Positions 11,991 to 24,969 of a stretch of DNA of 64,000 nt are shown piece by piece. A model generated the notes under the pieces. The model was not told where the DNA came from, did not search any database, and worked only from the letters and a program-made list of their open reading frames with translations. Source of the DNA: Marsupella aquatica. Its lineage: Eukaryota > Plantae > Marchantiophyta. The translations under genes were made by a program, and so were the position numbers. Location: assembly GCA_973895155.1 (NCBI GenBank), contig OZ316896.1, positions 18,216,754 to 18,280,753 of the forward strand. Direction: 5' to 3'. Within the stretch, counting starts at the first letter, position 1. The number at the start of each line of letters is the position of its first letter.

Positions 11991-14900
11991 ATTTGCATAA
12001 TGTACACTTTTGATATTCTACTCACTGGGCTCATGCTGGGCTCATTGGCGTGTTTTCCGGATTGTAGTCATGATGGTATGAAACTTAGAATCCAGTAAGA
12101 GTTGGGGCTCAGTCCATTTAACCATGACCGTCACTTGCAGTCAACTTGAGAAAGGGTGGTGTTAGACTAGGTAGGTATTTACTTTTTACAGTAACCTCTG
12201 CAGATGCTCTAATACAATACCTTGGATAACGGCTGGCCTTCTCCCCAAGGCCTTGCACATATTCATTGCTCACATTACTGTAGATGTGGCATGTGGAAAA
12301 ACAGTCAATGTGTCGAGCAAGTAACATTAGCGAATTCTTAATTGGGCCACAAATGTATGATGTCCTTAGTAAACTATGGAATTATTTTATTGGATCCCAG
12401 AAATTTAACAATCTATAGCTATCACGGTAGTTTCCTTCAAGGGGATGGTCAAGGCGATGGTCAACTCCCATCCATAACTGACGGGGTCAATCTCCCTTAC
12501 CATATTGTGCCAATTGTCTTAAGCTAGAAAAGGACGTATCTCTCATTTGACTGATAGGGGAAACTCATTTAATACTACCCCTTGGATCATACTATTAGAT
12601 GCTGCCTATCCTGTCCTCTCCTTACAGAATCCAGCAAGTGTAAGAGTAGGAGTCCTGTTTTCTACTCCCACAAACGAACAAGTGTAAGGGTAGATCCAGT
12701 TCAAGGCCGGGAACTTATTAGTTACACCCCCTAGAATGAGAACCCTTGGGCCCACTCTTAGATGCTGTCCAAATTTATTTTATTTGGCCTTGAAAACCAA
12801 AGACCCGTCCAACACAGGATAGAGGTTTTGCCCTGGAGTATATGGGATTTTATGTAGCTTAGCCACTAGGGGACAATACCCAGGAACGAGTGTAGTTTTT
12901 AAGGTTTTTTTTATTTTAGCTAGGGTGGCGGATGTTTGCTTCTCTAAGGGAGGAGATTCTAGGTATATTCTTTATCAGATTTTATTGAATTAAATAATGA
13001 CCATCAGATATCCCTAGATTTAAGGAGGACTGTTAGATTCTGGCTAATGGGGTCCATGATTTGGTGGAAGAGTGGCAGAAAAATGTAGCAAATATTAGTC
13101 AAAAGTGGCAAAAGTTTTTTGGGGAGGTGGAATTTGGCTAAAATTCGCACTTAAAAAATATGCCATGGACCCGGACCAGGAGGAAGAATGTCACTTTCCA
13201 CAATCAAGATGAGTTTAAGCTCTGCTTGCTAAGATAAGAAATGTCAAGTAATCTCTGCACTTATCTGAATCCACTCACCTTAGGAGCATTGGGAAGTGTG
13301 AATACAGTTACTTTCATGTCTTCACCTAGTAGCTCAATGATGGGCAACATTGAATGGCAGGACCCAATAGGTAACAATATATGAGTTTCCCTTGAAGTCT
13401 GACAACTTTAGTGAATACAACAAGAAGCAAAATTGCCATCTCTTTCATTGAGCTGTTGATGCTCTCTAGTGGCCCGTTCTCACCATGCTACATGAGTGTT
13501 TTTCATTTGGGCTATTTATCACCAAAAAGCACCTCTCAATTTGCTTTGGCTATTCCATACAAAGAGAAAACTTAGAAAAATTACAGGGAAAATCTCCACA
13601 GCTCCTTGTCTGTGGGATCCCAGTTGCCAGGTTTGCTACGTTGATCCTTTCGGAGTAGCTGCCTGAAGTCCAGACACTTTGGCTGCACTTGGAATTCCTT
13701 CGGAAAAACAATGCAAATCCAATTCACCACACCATGCATCACCCAATCCAGAGCAGTGGTCGATCAATCTATTTGGAGCTAACTTCTGTTTATTGTGATT
13801 AGCTTTTGAGAAAATTGCTCAGGCTCGGTCAAAGAGATCACTGGGGAAGGCAGGCGAAAGCAGTCAGAGTCTGAGCGTTGTCTCAAACCAGGCCTACCGA
13901 TTGATTGACGTCGCACTGATTTCAGCAGTGCAATCTTCAGCATGAATTCAAGCTGACAAAGATTTGTTTCGCTCGACATCAGCTTGCTGACCCGAAGTAA
14001 GGAAATTGTCAAAGTGTGGAGATGTCGATTCGGAAGCGCTCTCTCTCTTCCACTACACAATGTGAACTTTTTGAACTTTCTTTCGTATTGAAACCCTATG
14101 CTGCCTAAAACGCTTCCGCCTGCCTTCATACATATCAGTCTTTGTATCTTCTCGTTGTACAATGCTAATTTGTGTCACCAGCACCAACAGTAGCACCTGG
14201 TTTCCATACACGAAATGTTTGTTGGGACCTGAGTGACAGAAGAGGCTTAATTGAACGATTTTGAAAAGCACCACATTCAATGTTTGAGCAGGAAGTGGGA
14301 TTAATACGTAGCTTCTCGAAGGGGGGCCACTCATAAGTTACTCTGAGACACTAGAGCTATAGAGTAGAGTTATAGTGCATGTACCTCCTCTTGACATCTC
14401 ATTAAGCATTCGAAACGTTTAAATTCGAGGATTGTTCTGTGACTGCATCAGAATTATGCTGCTCAGATATGGAAGGCATGTCAGGGATGAGCTGTACGAG
14501 AAGTTTCTGCGATTTCAAAGCTATTATATACTGCCCAAGAAAAACCCTGCTGTCCCAAAATGACTGGAATCAAGAATGAGACGGTTGTCGAATGGAATGT
14601 CCCTCACGTTCAATCTGGAACAAACCAAAGCTGTAAAATGTGGTAAATTGAAAATTTTGGTGCAGTCGACATCTCATCTCATCTCGATCTGTTCGCTTGC
14701 GGCAATACTTCGCAACGATTTGCCTGCTCTTAAGGAATGACGTGGGCATACTTATCATTGCAATTATGGTCATCCACAAGGCATCGCTTTCTTTTCCAGA
14801 ATTAAGTTTCGATTCTCCCAAAAGTGATATATTGCAAGGAGTGGCAATTATCCTTCGTAAAGTTACCAGGTGAACAGGTTCTGCAAGAAGAATGAAGAAC

Positions 14901-15988
14901 TTGTGATGAGGGATCACAGGGACGAGTGTCCGATCTGATGAGCTCATGCACTCCGAATAGAGAATTGCGCCCCTGGAAGGAAATGTTGTGTCTCTGTGAC
15001 ATCTTTTAATCTGTTTCCTTGACCCAAAATTCTAAAAGCTGAATCCTGCCATGTGGCTAGCCTCCTGTCCCGTGATTATCTCGGTAGAACAAAGTCATGC
15101 AAACCATTTGAAAGGTGTTGATATAAAATCAGGTTCTCAATCTCTTGCAAAAGTACTCCATAACATTCGCTGTAGGTGCTTTAAAAAATTGAGATTACTT
15201 CCTAAACTGCAGCAGCAGCTTGTCGCTCAGGCTTGGCATGTTTCCTCGAGATTATATATAGATTTCATAGGTAAAACATTTGCTTCCCCCCATATATTTC
15301 ATCAATATCAATTTCATCAATATCAATACATCCTGAAATGGAGATTTCTTTCCCGAGTCATTTGATTTTGTTAAGCAAGAGAGAAAGGTTTCTAAATACC
15401 TTTACAGCGAAGTTTCATCTCACACTAAGTCGGTAGCGGCGAAATCAAGGATCCCAGGTATGATGATTACGGTCCCGAGGACAAGTTCTGGAGATACTGA
15501 CAGGATAGAAATCAAACTTTTACAAGATCAGTGGTGGTGTCCTTAACTAGAGATTCATTTGGAACAATGTGCCCGACATTGAACACAATGCTTGAAGAGC
15601 TGAACAATAATGGCAAAAGGACAAGGTTTTGGGACTACAGAAAGACTCCTCATAAAAATACCGAATGAATACCGAATTGCGAGCAATTTTAACTCGCAAG
15701 GATCCCCCGCGACCGAGGATGTGAATGAATGGATTTTAAAGTACAAGAATCCCCCAAAGGGGAAGAAGGTAAGACAAACATGCCCATTAGTAAAACAAAT
15801 GTAACCCTGCTAAGTATACAAAGAAAACGTAAGATATAGGAAGATCCATCCCTCAATTGTCCTAATCAAAACGTAAACCTGGTTTACAAAAAAATAGTGA
15901 GACCCAACAGAAGCAGCACTGAATTATTAGGGTAATTTTGGCAGTAGACATTGACGGCAGCATTTTGGTGCTGTATGCAATCAAACTT

Positions 15989-17050
15989 CTATTGTTGACT
16001 ATAGGACACAGCCCTCTGAAGCTTTCTCCACATAGAAGAGTCACTGATATCTGTGTCTCCGCTCCATGACATAGATCGTTTAATCCCTGAATCATTACTG
16101 GGATCCTCCACATCATCGACCACTCCTCGCATTGGCCTTTCATTGCCTTCTCTTTCTGCTGCTTCCCGTAGTTCAAGGTCCTTTAAGGCCCTGTGGCCCA
16201 AGACCGTCACTCCCACCATGATGGAAATCGCCACAGCAAAATTCACAACGTAATAGATCACCTTGGGCCAAGTTAAAGGCAGCTTGTCCTTTTTGAGATC
16301 GGCCAAATCCTTGAGCATCTTCCCAGTATAGATTGTGATAAATGCCTCCGGAATCATCCACAGCATGGAGCCTGCTATGTAAGGACCAAAAGTGATATTT
16401 GTTCCGGTGATAGCATAGTTGAAAATGGGGTAGGGAATAGGAGAGAACCTCAGGATTACAATCGAACGGATTTGATATGACCAGCTACCTTGCTCTGCTA
16501 TTCTCAACACAGCAGCTTGTTTAGGCCTCCTGCTCAATATCTCTTGTATCCGATCGTGCAGAACCCATCGGCCGATGAGGTAGGGAAAGGTCTGGCCCAA
16601 GAACGTCCCTATATTTATGATAAGATACCCTAAGCCATATCCAAAAATCATCCCTGTCAGCCACATCGACGGTGCAGAAGGTAGGAGCAGGATTGGAAAG
16701 AGAGCAAGGGAGAGAACGAGAACCAACGCCAGGACTGGTTTGCTGAATGTTGAGGCTTCCCACACAAGCATGGGTATCAACACCTTGTCCAGAAGGAAAG
16801 GACCGCCCCAGAACAAAGCAGCGGAACTAACTGCTATCAAGATCAGACTGACAATTGATACCTTCGCCCACCACATCAATCTTTTCCTTCTCCAGCTGTT
16901 GTCATCAGGCCGCCGTAATTCGAATTCCTCCATCTCCAACTCATCATCCTCCTCGCTGTGCCCTAATCTTACATATTCATCAGTATCCTGATTTCTGCTA
17001 CGCACCTCTGGATCAGGAAATTCCTTCATCACAATTGGAGAAGAGGCCAT
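15989..17050 (-). CDS. TVP38/TMEM64-family (SNARE-associated Golgi, VTT domain) membrane protein, 353 aa
   Basis: Motifs LLPSAPSMWLTGMIFGYGLG, GTFLGQTFPYLIGR and LRFSPIPYPIFNY with multiple TM helices. The likely ATG is 17050 (MASSPIVM), not 17209. Confidence 0.9.
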   Translation of the reverse strand: MASSPIVMKEFPDPEVRSRNQDTDEYVRLGHSEEDDELEMEEFELRRPDDNSWRRKRLMWWAKVSIVSLILIAVSSAALFWGGPFLLDKVLIPMLVWEASTFSKPVLALVLVLSLALFPILLLPSAPSMWLTGMIFGYGLGYLIINIGTFLGQTFPYLIGRWVLHDRIQEILSRRPKQAAVLRIAEQGSWSYQIRSIVILRFSPIPYPIFNYAITGTNITFGPYIAGSMLWMIPEAFITIYTGKMLKDLADLKKDKLPLTWPKVIYYVVNFAVAISIMVGVTVLGHRALKDLELREAAEREGNERPMRGVVDDVEDPSNDSGIKRSMSWSGDTDISDSSMWRKLQRAVSYSQQ

Positions 17051-18249
17051 CTTCGAAATATGGCCGACACGCACACACCACGCACACACCCTATGCTTTC
17101 GGTGCCGGCCGGGTAAGAAATCTTTCCGGCCCTTCAATTGATCCTTTCCACGGGTAAGAAGAAATAGCTCATGCAACAAGACTGCACCGTCTGAAAGCCA
17201 CCATCGCATTCAAAGCTATCCGCTCTCTCTACTATCTTTCGTTTAGTTCAACTCAACCATCGGCGAGACTTACACCTTCCCCAAGCTACGAAACTTTCCA
17301 CAAAACGGGCTCAACCTAGAGTTCAGAACTCAAAACCGGAAGCTGAGAACCGCGTATCCATTTCCAACTCCCCAAATCCTGTAGAATCTACTTTGGGGCT
17401 ATTCCTACTTTTCGACTCTGTATCACGCACAGCTCCGGTCATGAATTCGGGAATTACAACTCCAGCAGAGCCCATCTTTCAGATATCGGCTACTCCCCAC
17501 CAGGCCTGTGCTGTCCGTGCCGACCGGTGGGTCAGAATCCGGAGTCAAAACTCCCTCAATTGATCCTTTCCCCAGGAGGCAAACTCGAAGTCATGCACAA
17601 GACTTCGAACATGAAGTCAGTAATCGAACCCTTAGACCGGCTATCCTCGATTCGTGTCAGTCCAGTTCTATCGTCAAGGAAGGGAGAGGACAGACCATCA
17701 CACATATGCCTATCTTCTCAAGAACTTCAACAACAACAACGAGGCTGACCATCGTGTAGAACTCGGACTTGAAAGCCTAGAATCCATTTCATAGGCAAAT
17801 TCCTCCTCAACCCTTGTTTTCACTTATCGAAATCACTTCCTCTCTGATGCAGACCTTCCCGAGCCCTTCCGCCGCTTCTAAAATACGGTCCCTCTCCGCT
17901 GCTATCCCTTTCTTCCCCAAACCCTTCCCGTTACTTCTGCGTCCCCTCTGCTGCTGACCTTCCCAATTTGACCTTCACCACAAGCCCTTTCGGAAATTCT
18001 GTAATCCGGTCCTCAGCTGATCCACCTTCCCCACCCTTTCCTTCCTAAAAATCCCCTTTCTCTCCCTCCTGACCTTCCCCAGTCCTTTTCCCCTTTCAAG
18101 TCCTTCCTCTCTCCTGCCGTTCCCCACACCCTACTCTCGCAATCCTTTCCTCGCTTTGCCACCTTTTCTCACTTTTCAAGTCCCTTCCTCTCTTTTCGAC
18201 CTTCTCTTTTGCTGACCCAACAAAGTGGGTGCACAAAGGAGCGGAAGCA

Positions 18250-18522
18250 GAGGTGAGGTGAGGTGAGGTGAGGTGAGGTGCGTGCCCAAGACGAGAACAG
18301 GAGGAAGGACGAGAGGTGGGTGCCCAGCAGAAGAGAGGAGAAGCGAGGAAGTACGAGAGGTGGATGCCCAGCAGAAGAGAGCAGAAGCACGGATTGAAAG
18401 ACCAGAAGCAGGGGGGTGATGAGAAGGGGTGTCCAACGAGAGATCAGAAGTTAGAGAGTGAGATGGGAGGTGCAAAGAGAAAGCAGAAGCAGACAGAGGA
18501 GAGGTGAGGTGAGGTGAGGTGT
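18250..18522. repeat. (GAGGT)n microsatellites within a purine-rich tract, the probable promoter/5' leader of the TVP38 gene
   Basis: GAGGT runs at about 18250-18280 and 18500-18521. The tract is pyrimidine-rich on the minus strand. Confidence 0.7.
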
Positions 18523-19080
18523 GGTGCCAAACGAGAGAGAGATGAAATGCGACAGAGCAAAGAAAATAGCTTGACCTCCCTCGGTTGTATCCTATCATGT
18601 TCACTGTTTCAAAATTGGGTTTTTCATGGCGACAAAGAAGCGCAGAGGAAAGCTATAAACTCTCTCTTTCTCTGTTTTGTGCTGTGCTGACCTCACTCGA
18701 CCAGGGAGACTGCTCAAGTGATGAGAAACGCCGTCACTCGTCACTAAGTTGCTGGAGCAACGAGGCTAGTACTTATTAGGGTGGCTTTAATAAGACTTTG
18801 GGGGCACTTGAGTCTCTCCCTCTGGTAATCACACAACAAAATGTGATAAAAACATGGGGTGTACTCATTGATACACATCAAAGTGTGATAACACAGGTGC
18901 ATTTATTGATTTAAAATAAAATAACAAGGTACTCATTGAGTTAAATAAAATAATAAGGTTTATCATGGTATGGAAAGATGTAGTACACCATATACACGTC
19001 ATATTTTGATGTGTAGTTAACGGGACCATTGAGTATGACATTCTTCTCACCACAGCAAAATAGGGGGGGCCCTTTTGTTA

Positions 19081-19530
19081 CATAAATGTACCCCCCAAAA
19101 TGAAAAGTGTTGTTTAACTGATCTCATATATAAGGGTTTGGGTATATTCATTCAAGTTCTATCAACAGAAAAGTATTATTTAATGGATCCCATAAGGGTT
19201 TGGGTATGTTCATTCAAGGTCTATCAAAGGAAAAGTGTTATTTAATGGATCCCATAAGGTTTTGGGTATGTTGATTCAAACCTGTCACCAGAAAAGTGTT
19301 ATTTAATGGATCCCATAAGGTTTTGGGTATGTTGATTCAAACCTGTCACCAGAAAAGTGTTATTTAATGGATCCCATAAGGTTTTGGGTATGTTGAGTCA
19401 AGGTCTGTCACCAGAAAAGTGTCATTTAATGGATCCCCTCAGGTTTTGGGTATGTTGATTCAAGGTCATCAACAGATCAATCATGGGGTCCATCAGTAAG
19501 TTTTTTTCATTTTGGGGGTTCAAGCAAATG
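19081..19530. mobile_element. MITE-like element with imperfect TIRs enclosing a ~61-bp tandem array (about 6 units)
   Basis: cccccaaaatgaaaa near 19092 is the reverse complement of ttttcattttggggg near 19504. Ends TA|CAT...ATG|TA. Internal unit aaaagtgttatttaatggatcccataagg(g/t)tttgggtatg. Confidence 0.55.
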
Positions 19531-22500
19531 TATTATAATTATCTTCTAGTTCTAAAGATAGTCTACCTTCATGACATATTCTGTAAAATGAAGCCTTAGG
19601 TCTTAATTTCTAACATAAGAGAAACTTTTGATATTTAGACTATGTTTGCAAATAGGGACAAATATGTGGAGATATAAGAACCTTTCTTTGTGCATACACA
19701 TGGATTTTTGGGCTAGTATGTTTAAACTAACTTTAATAAATGCATATCCCTTAAATGAAGAAGCCAAAGTTTGGGAATGTTTGTACTTCCTCTTGAGAAA
19801 ATCTAAAAGTCTAGACAAAATAAGCACTCCATGTCAGCATTTCTTTCCCTGGGCTCACTGCTTGCAATGTATGAACTTCTATAAATGTGAATCCCTTGAA
19901 TGAAGGAGCAAAAGTTTGGAAATGTTTGGACAACATCTTGAGTAAATATAAAATGTTATTCAAAATAAGCACTCCAGGTAAACATTTCTATGGGCCCACA
20001 GCTTGTGATATAGGATTGGTAGGCATCATATCTGATTGGGTCCCTCAGCTCTTATAAAGCCAACTGCAACCCTTTCCACCTCACTATAAGGTCTCAATTT
20101 AATGTAGAAGGGAATTAGAAAAGCAAATCTCAGTGGGCCCCACATCATGTAAAACAACTCTGAAATTAAGAACCCTGGGTTCCTCTTCCCCTCTTGTAAT
20201 TATCCCCCCACTGAATCCCCCACTCCACAGCTTCAGGAGAGGACGGTGACTTAATTATTTTCATTGTCTAGTACTCTCTCTATCTTTCGTGTTGTTTTTG
20301 CAACTGAAACATCATCTTGCATGGAAAACCGTGTTGACTCTTTCCATTCATTTGTTTCTTGCCTTTCTTCAAATGACTGCCTTCACCAGGTCCTCATACT
20401 TGTCACGTTGCGTATCGTCAACCTAGTAAACAAAATAAAAACCAGGGCCCGTTTGTTAAACACAAAAAACATTTTTGGGACAAGAATGCTCTGTTCTGCT
20501 CTACTCTAGATATTCATAAAGTCAACCAAGTTTTCAAAGATCACTGGCTAGGTGTGACTTGGCGGGTTACTACTGGCTGTGGCCATGTAGTAACCCGCCA
20601 TGCAAAGCAACATGAGAAGTTTGGATCCAGGTTTCTCAGGCCCTCAAAAGTCTTGGCCATCCTTTGGTTGACAGCGCTTCAATGTCCTCACTATAGTTCA
20701 TGACAATTTTAGCTCAACATGTATCTGCCCTAACCCATAAACTAAGTCAACCAACATTTTTCCTGGTTTGGGGATAACTTTAGGTTTCTAAAACTGCACT
20801 CTCAATTAACTTTGCAAAATTTCTAAGAAATCCTAAGACAAATCACCAAAGGTTAAATGGGGGTCCCAACCCAGTTTTCCATTCGGATGGAATTATATAG
20901 GGTTTCCATGTACGTTTCAAAACTTCCTTCCCAGTCGGATGGTTTTTTTGGGGGGTGAGGAATTGGTTTTTGTTCATGTGTTAATACGGTTAGAAACTAG
21001 ATGCAAAGAAGGGGTGTCACACAAATTATACAGTGGGATTACAAGCAATGTCTCATCATCCACTCAGCCTCAGATAATGCGCGGGGATGTTTCCAATTTT
21101 TCAAACAAAAAGAGTCTGATCGGATGTTTCCAATTTTTTTTTGTTTTAGAGGGGGAGCCATGGGGGGAGAGAAAGTGAAATGGTGTTGGTTTGTTCAATA
21201 TGATTATAGCACTTTCCAATAGTTTTTGAATATTTCCTGTTCAGTACCATGTTACCGTCTTGCAAAACCTGTTTTATTGTAATTTTTTTTTAAAAAAAAA
21301 TTGTAATTTTTTTTTTGGGGGGGGGGAATGGGCCCGTTGGCCAAGTCAATAGGCTCTAAGGAATCTTAACAAAATTGCCATTGAACCTTCTCCTTCCCTT
21401 TCACCAAACCAACCAACCAGCGGAAGGAAGGTACCATACATCTGAGGTGATTGATTCCCCACCCACACACACAAATAAAAGGCATATATGTAAGGAGAAT
21501 TTTTCTTGGTGGGTCCCCTTGGCCAAAGGTGCACCCAGTGAGGCCTGCATATTTGTTTTCCACTTAATACGGGCCAAGTTTTAGCAATGAGAGTGAAGGG
21601 CATTGTATTGCCCAATGTGTGGTAAAATAGTGAGTGTGAATGATGAAGCAGGAATGTGAGTCCATGCACTATCTGTCGAAACTCTAATATGCAATCATTC
21701 AAACTAGACCGTTCATGAGCTACTCCCTAGAATGAAGCCATAGGTTGTAATCTATTTGGTACTTACTGAAGAAAAAATTGATATTTAAATTGTGCTTGAG
21801 AATAGGGACTCGTATGCAAAGTCAGGGTGTGAGAAGCCCTTCTTGTGTATGTGCATGCCTGGGCATTCTGGCTAGTAGAACTGAACACTGTGGTCTGTGC
21901 ACACTGTAGGGCAGGGTTTTGAGAACTCAAAGAAGAGTGGGCAGAGTCTGATGTTCTCTCAAAGCTGAGTACAAAAATTGGATGCAAGCAGCAATTAATT
22001 GCAAATGTGATGGTAGAAGGAGAGGTAGGAATGTTCTGTGATTTTGAGATACTTAGGGAAATCAATCTCCCCAGGTTGGTGCCACTGGCCCCATGTACTG
22101 TTGTGCAAGGCCAGAGTCATCTAAGATTGTTGTCAAATGGAATGCTCAATATGCTGACATTCAAGCTTAAAACACCATGAAAACATGAGGTCTTCATGTT
22201 GGACCTCTATGGTCCACACATGACTCCTCTCCCCTGATGCAAGTGGACTCCTTTTCCCAAGCCATTTCCCCAATGAAACTCCAGGATACAAGTATAAGCC
22301 TGCCCTTCCATATCAGTGTACTGTATTTAAATTGGTCTGTGTTTATTGTCCATTCTCGTTTTCTAGGTCTCACCCAGTGCAAATTTTAGGCCAGGATATC
22401 CACCAAGCAAATATCTCCATACTATTCCGTGCAAGCTCAATAATACTTGGTAAGAAAAATGGTTTGGCATGGGGCTCCCTTGTGAGAATTTAGTGCTCTC

Positions 22501-24969
22501 CCATCCAGCCTTTCTCTTGAGAGAAGAAAGGTCCACGAGGATTTACTGCAACATATAAGAAGGGTGGGGAAAAGTGCCTTCTACATAGTTACAGTCTACT
22601 CTTCCTAAGTGCGCACTCCCAGGAAGCAGCCAGGGCCTTGCACTACATTATAAGCACAAATTTTTAGATTTTGCACTTGAATGTAGGTAAATAGCATGAT
22701 GATTCTTCTAGCCTTGCTGCTAAGTGCGTTGGCCTTGAGTCAGTCCTCTTCCCTCCCATCCCTTGTTCACATTCCAGAAGTAGCCATCTCATGTTCAGGT
22801 AGGTTCTCATGCCTTCCCCAAACCATTAAGTATACATCCTCAGATTGGACATCCTCATTGTAAACCCCTGCCAACTATCTCATAATTGCAACATAAACTA
22901 CACAAAATTGGTATGTGTAAGGGGTCCACGTAAGATTTTGTGCTCTAAACAATTGTAGAGGATTTTGCACTTACATATTTGTTGTTTGGTGGACCCGCTT
23001 TGCACCTATAAAAAAACGTGCAATAAAAAGTGCAAAATAGTCCGGGAAAAACTTGAAGAACTGGATGCCTTGCAACTAGCCAGGGTTTGCACTTAGAAAG
23101 AGCTGAATGTATGTCATTCTGATGAACCCTAGTCAACCCTTCGTGTAGCTGAGTGCCTGAGCGGCTTCCCTTGAACATCCATGCAGTGCCAACGTAACAT
23201 GTTTTGGCAATTTGAATATGTGATTCATGTTGATGGTTCTCGGGAAACTCATTTATTACAACCCTTTTGGTTCACACTTGGATGGTATCTTACTTGTTTA
23301 TCTCCACCCTTTTGGTTCACACTTGGATGGTATCTTACTTGTTTATCTCCATTTAGGTGATAAGAGAGTGATCTCCAATCTTTTAAAGTGTCAAGTCTTT
23401 TGTGTTCACAAGGCTTTGGCGAAGGCCATTTTGGGATGGGGTTTATACCAAAGCTGGTTAACTCACAAAAATTGAACTTGGAACCTCACTTGTCGCAATG
23501 AAGACTGCTATCCTTGGGCTAAGTATGCTTGCCACGACAATTATCATCAACTAAACTTCTTATGTGGATCCAAGCACCATTGGTAGCCATTTGACCAGGA
23601 CACTCAAGCTAGTTTCTATAAAGAAGAGTAGCAATGTAATAAATACTACATGTTCAGGATGTTTAAATAAGTTCATGGCTTTACTATACAACTTAGGTGG
23701 GTTCTGTCCTATCCAAGAATTGTGCTCATCCTTGTATACACTGTCTGTCCATTTCTTGGCTGTAGAACTCTTTTCCATTCCTTCCTGCTCATGCAAAGTT
23801 CATGACTGTCTTGAATCCGAATTCTGTTTCAGATGCCCACTCCACATTTGTCGTTCCTGGTTTTGTTCCAGTCGAGTGAAGCAGTGTGCTCAATCCTGGC
23901 GAAGGATGTTGGAGGACTATAATAAGGTTTGAAAGCTCGCTGACTGTTCGTGACATTGTATTTCGTCCTTTCTCTGATTCGTGAAGGTTGAGCAAGCTCA
24001 CTAGTTGTTTGGAGAATCAATAGAAATCAATGGAGACAAAAGAGAATGACATCTGAAATGCAAATGTGATGGACTGATCATTCAGTGCCGCTTGAGATTC
24101 TTTGGGAAATGGAATTGGCTCCACAATGTCTGGATGAATAATCTGGATAACCCTAAACTTGATCCGAACATTAATACGTGCCTCACTCTCGAGCTTCTCA
24201 AGCTCACGCACTGGTGATGGATTGTCTTGTTCTCTTTCAATGATACGCTGAGCGACTATTGTAAGCTTCTTTAACTTCATTGAGTCAAACATCGATGTTG
24301 TGGAACGTAGTTGTCTGCCTTACATTGTTCCCAAATCTTATAAATTTCCACCAGTTTCGTACAGATGAATTCTTTGTCTGATACGCCTGCTTAAGTATGG
24401 GACGTACATTTTCGGCAACGTTGTTATGTCCATCTTTGGAGCCACCAAAACCCTAGTGACGTCACTTTCCGCTGTCTCTACTTGTAGGTCATGAGTTGTA
24501 GTCTTTGCTGTATAAATAGCAACGTAGAGCCCAAAGTCTTTGTGTGAGGTGCTACTTGTTAAAAAAATACAGCATGCTCGAAGGTTCAAAGTAAAGGAAT
24601 AACCCTAAAGCGTCGGACAGAAATGTCCCGTCCATCGATGGAATAGGTACGAGACAATGTATTTCCAAATAACTTAAGAGTGACTAACTTTGTCAAGTGC
24701 AACGTTGAAGTAGGTTCAGTGAATGAAGAATAGGTGTGGCTTCGCGAATTATGGCATAGGTTTAGATCTTTGATTTCATGTTTCAATTCTGAATTGGAGG
24801 AAATAACCTGAGACAACATTTATTGCCCTTCTACATCCAATTGTCTCGTGGCAATTCTCATTGGATTGTGGGTTGATCTCTCCTGTTCGTTTTGGAGGAA
24901 TTCTAGGTGAACAGATCCGCTTGATTGGGTGGAGGGAGAGAAAGAGTCAGAGAGGGTTTAGGGGATATC

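Noticed and set aside
13779-15804. Several 60-127-aa ORFs downstream of the TVP38 gene
   Set aside because: No recognisable motifs or consistent frame; probably UTR or intergenic sequence.
17051-17209. N-terminal extensions given by the ORF track (also 61922-62035, 30350-30385 and 41134-41172)
   Set aside because: They use non-ATG starts, cross splice acceptors or add sequence with no family resemblance; downstream ATGs fit better.
23560-24819. Short ORFs upstream of PFD5
   Set aside because: No family resemblance; likely promoter or leader region (a telo-box-like aaccctaaa lies at 24601).
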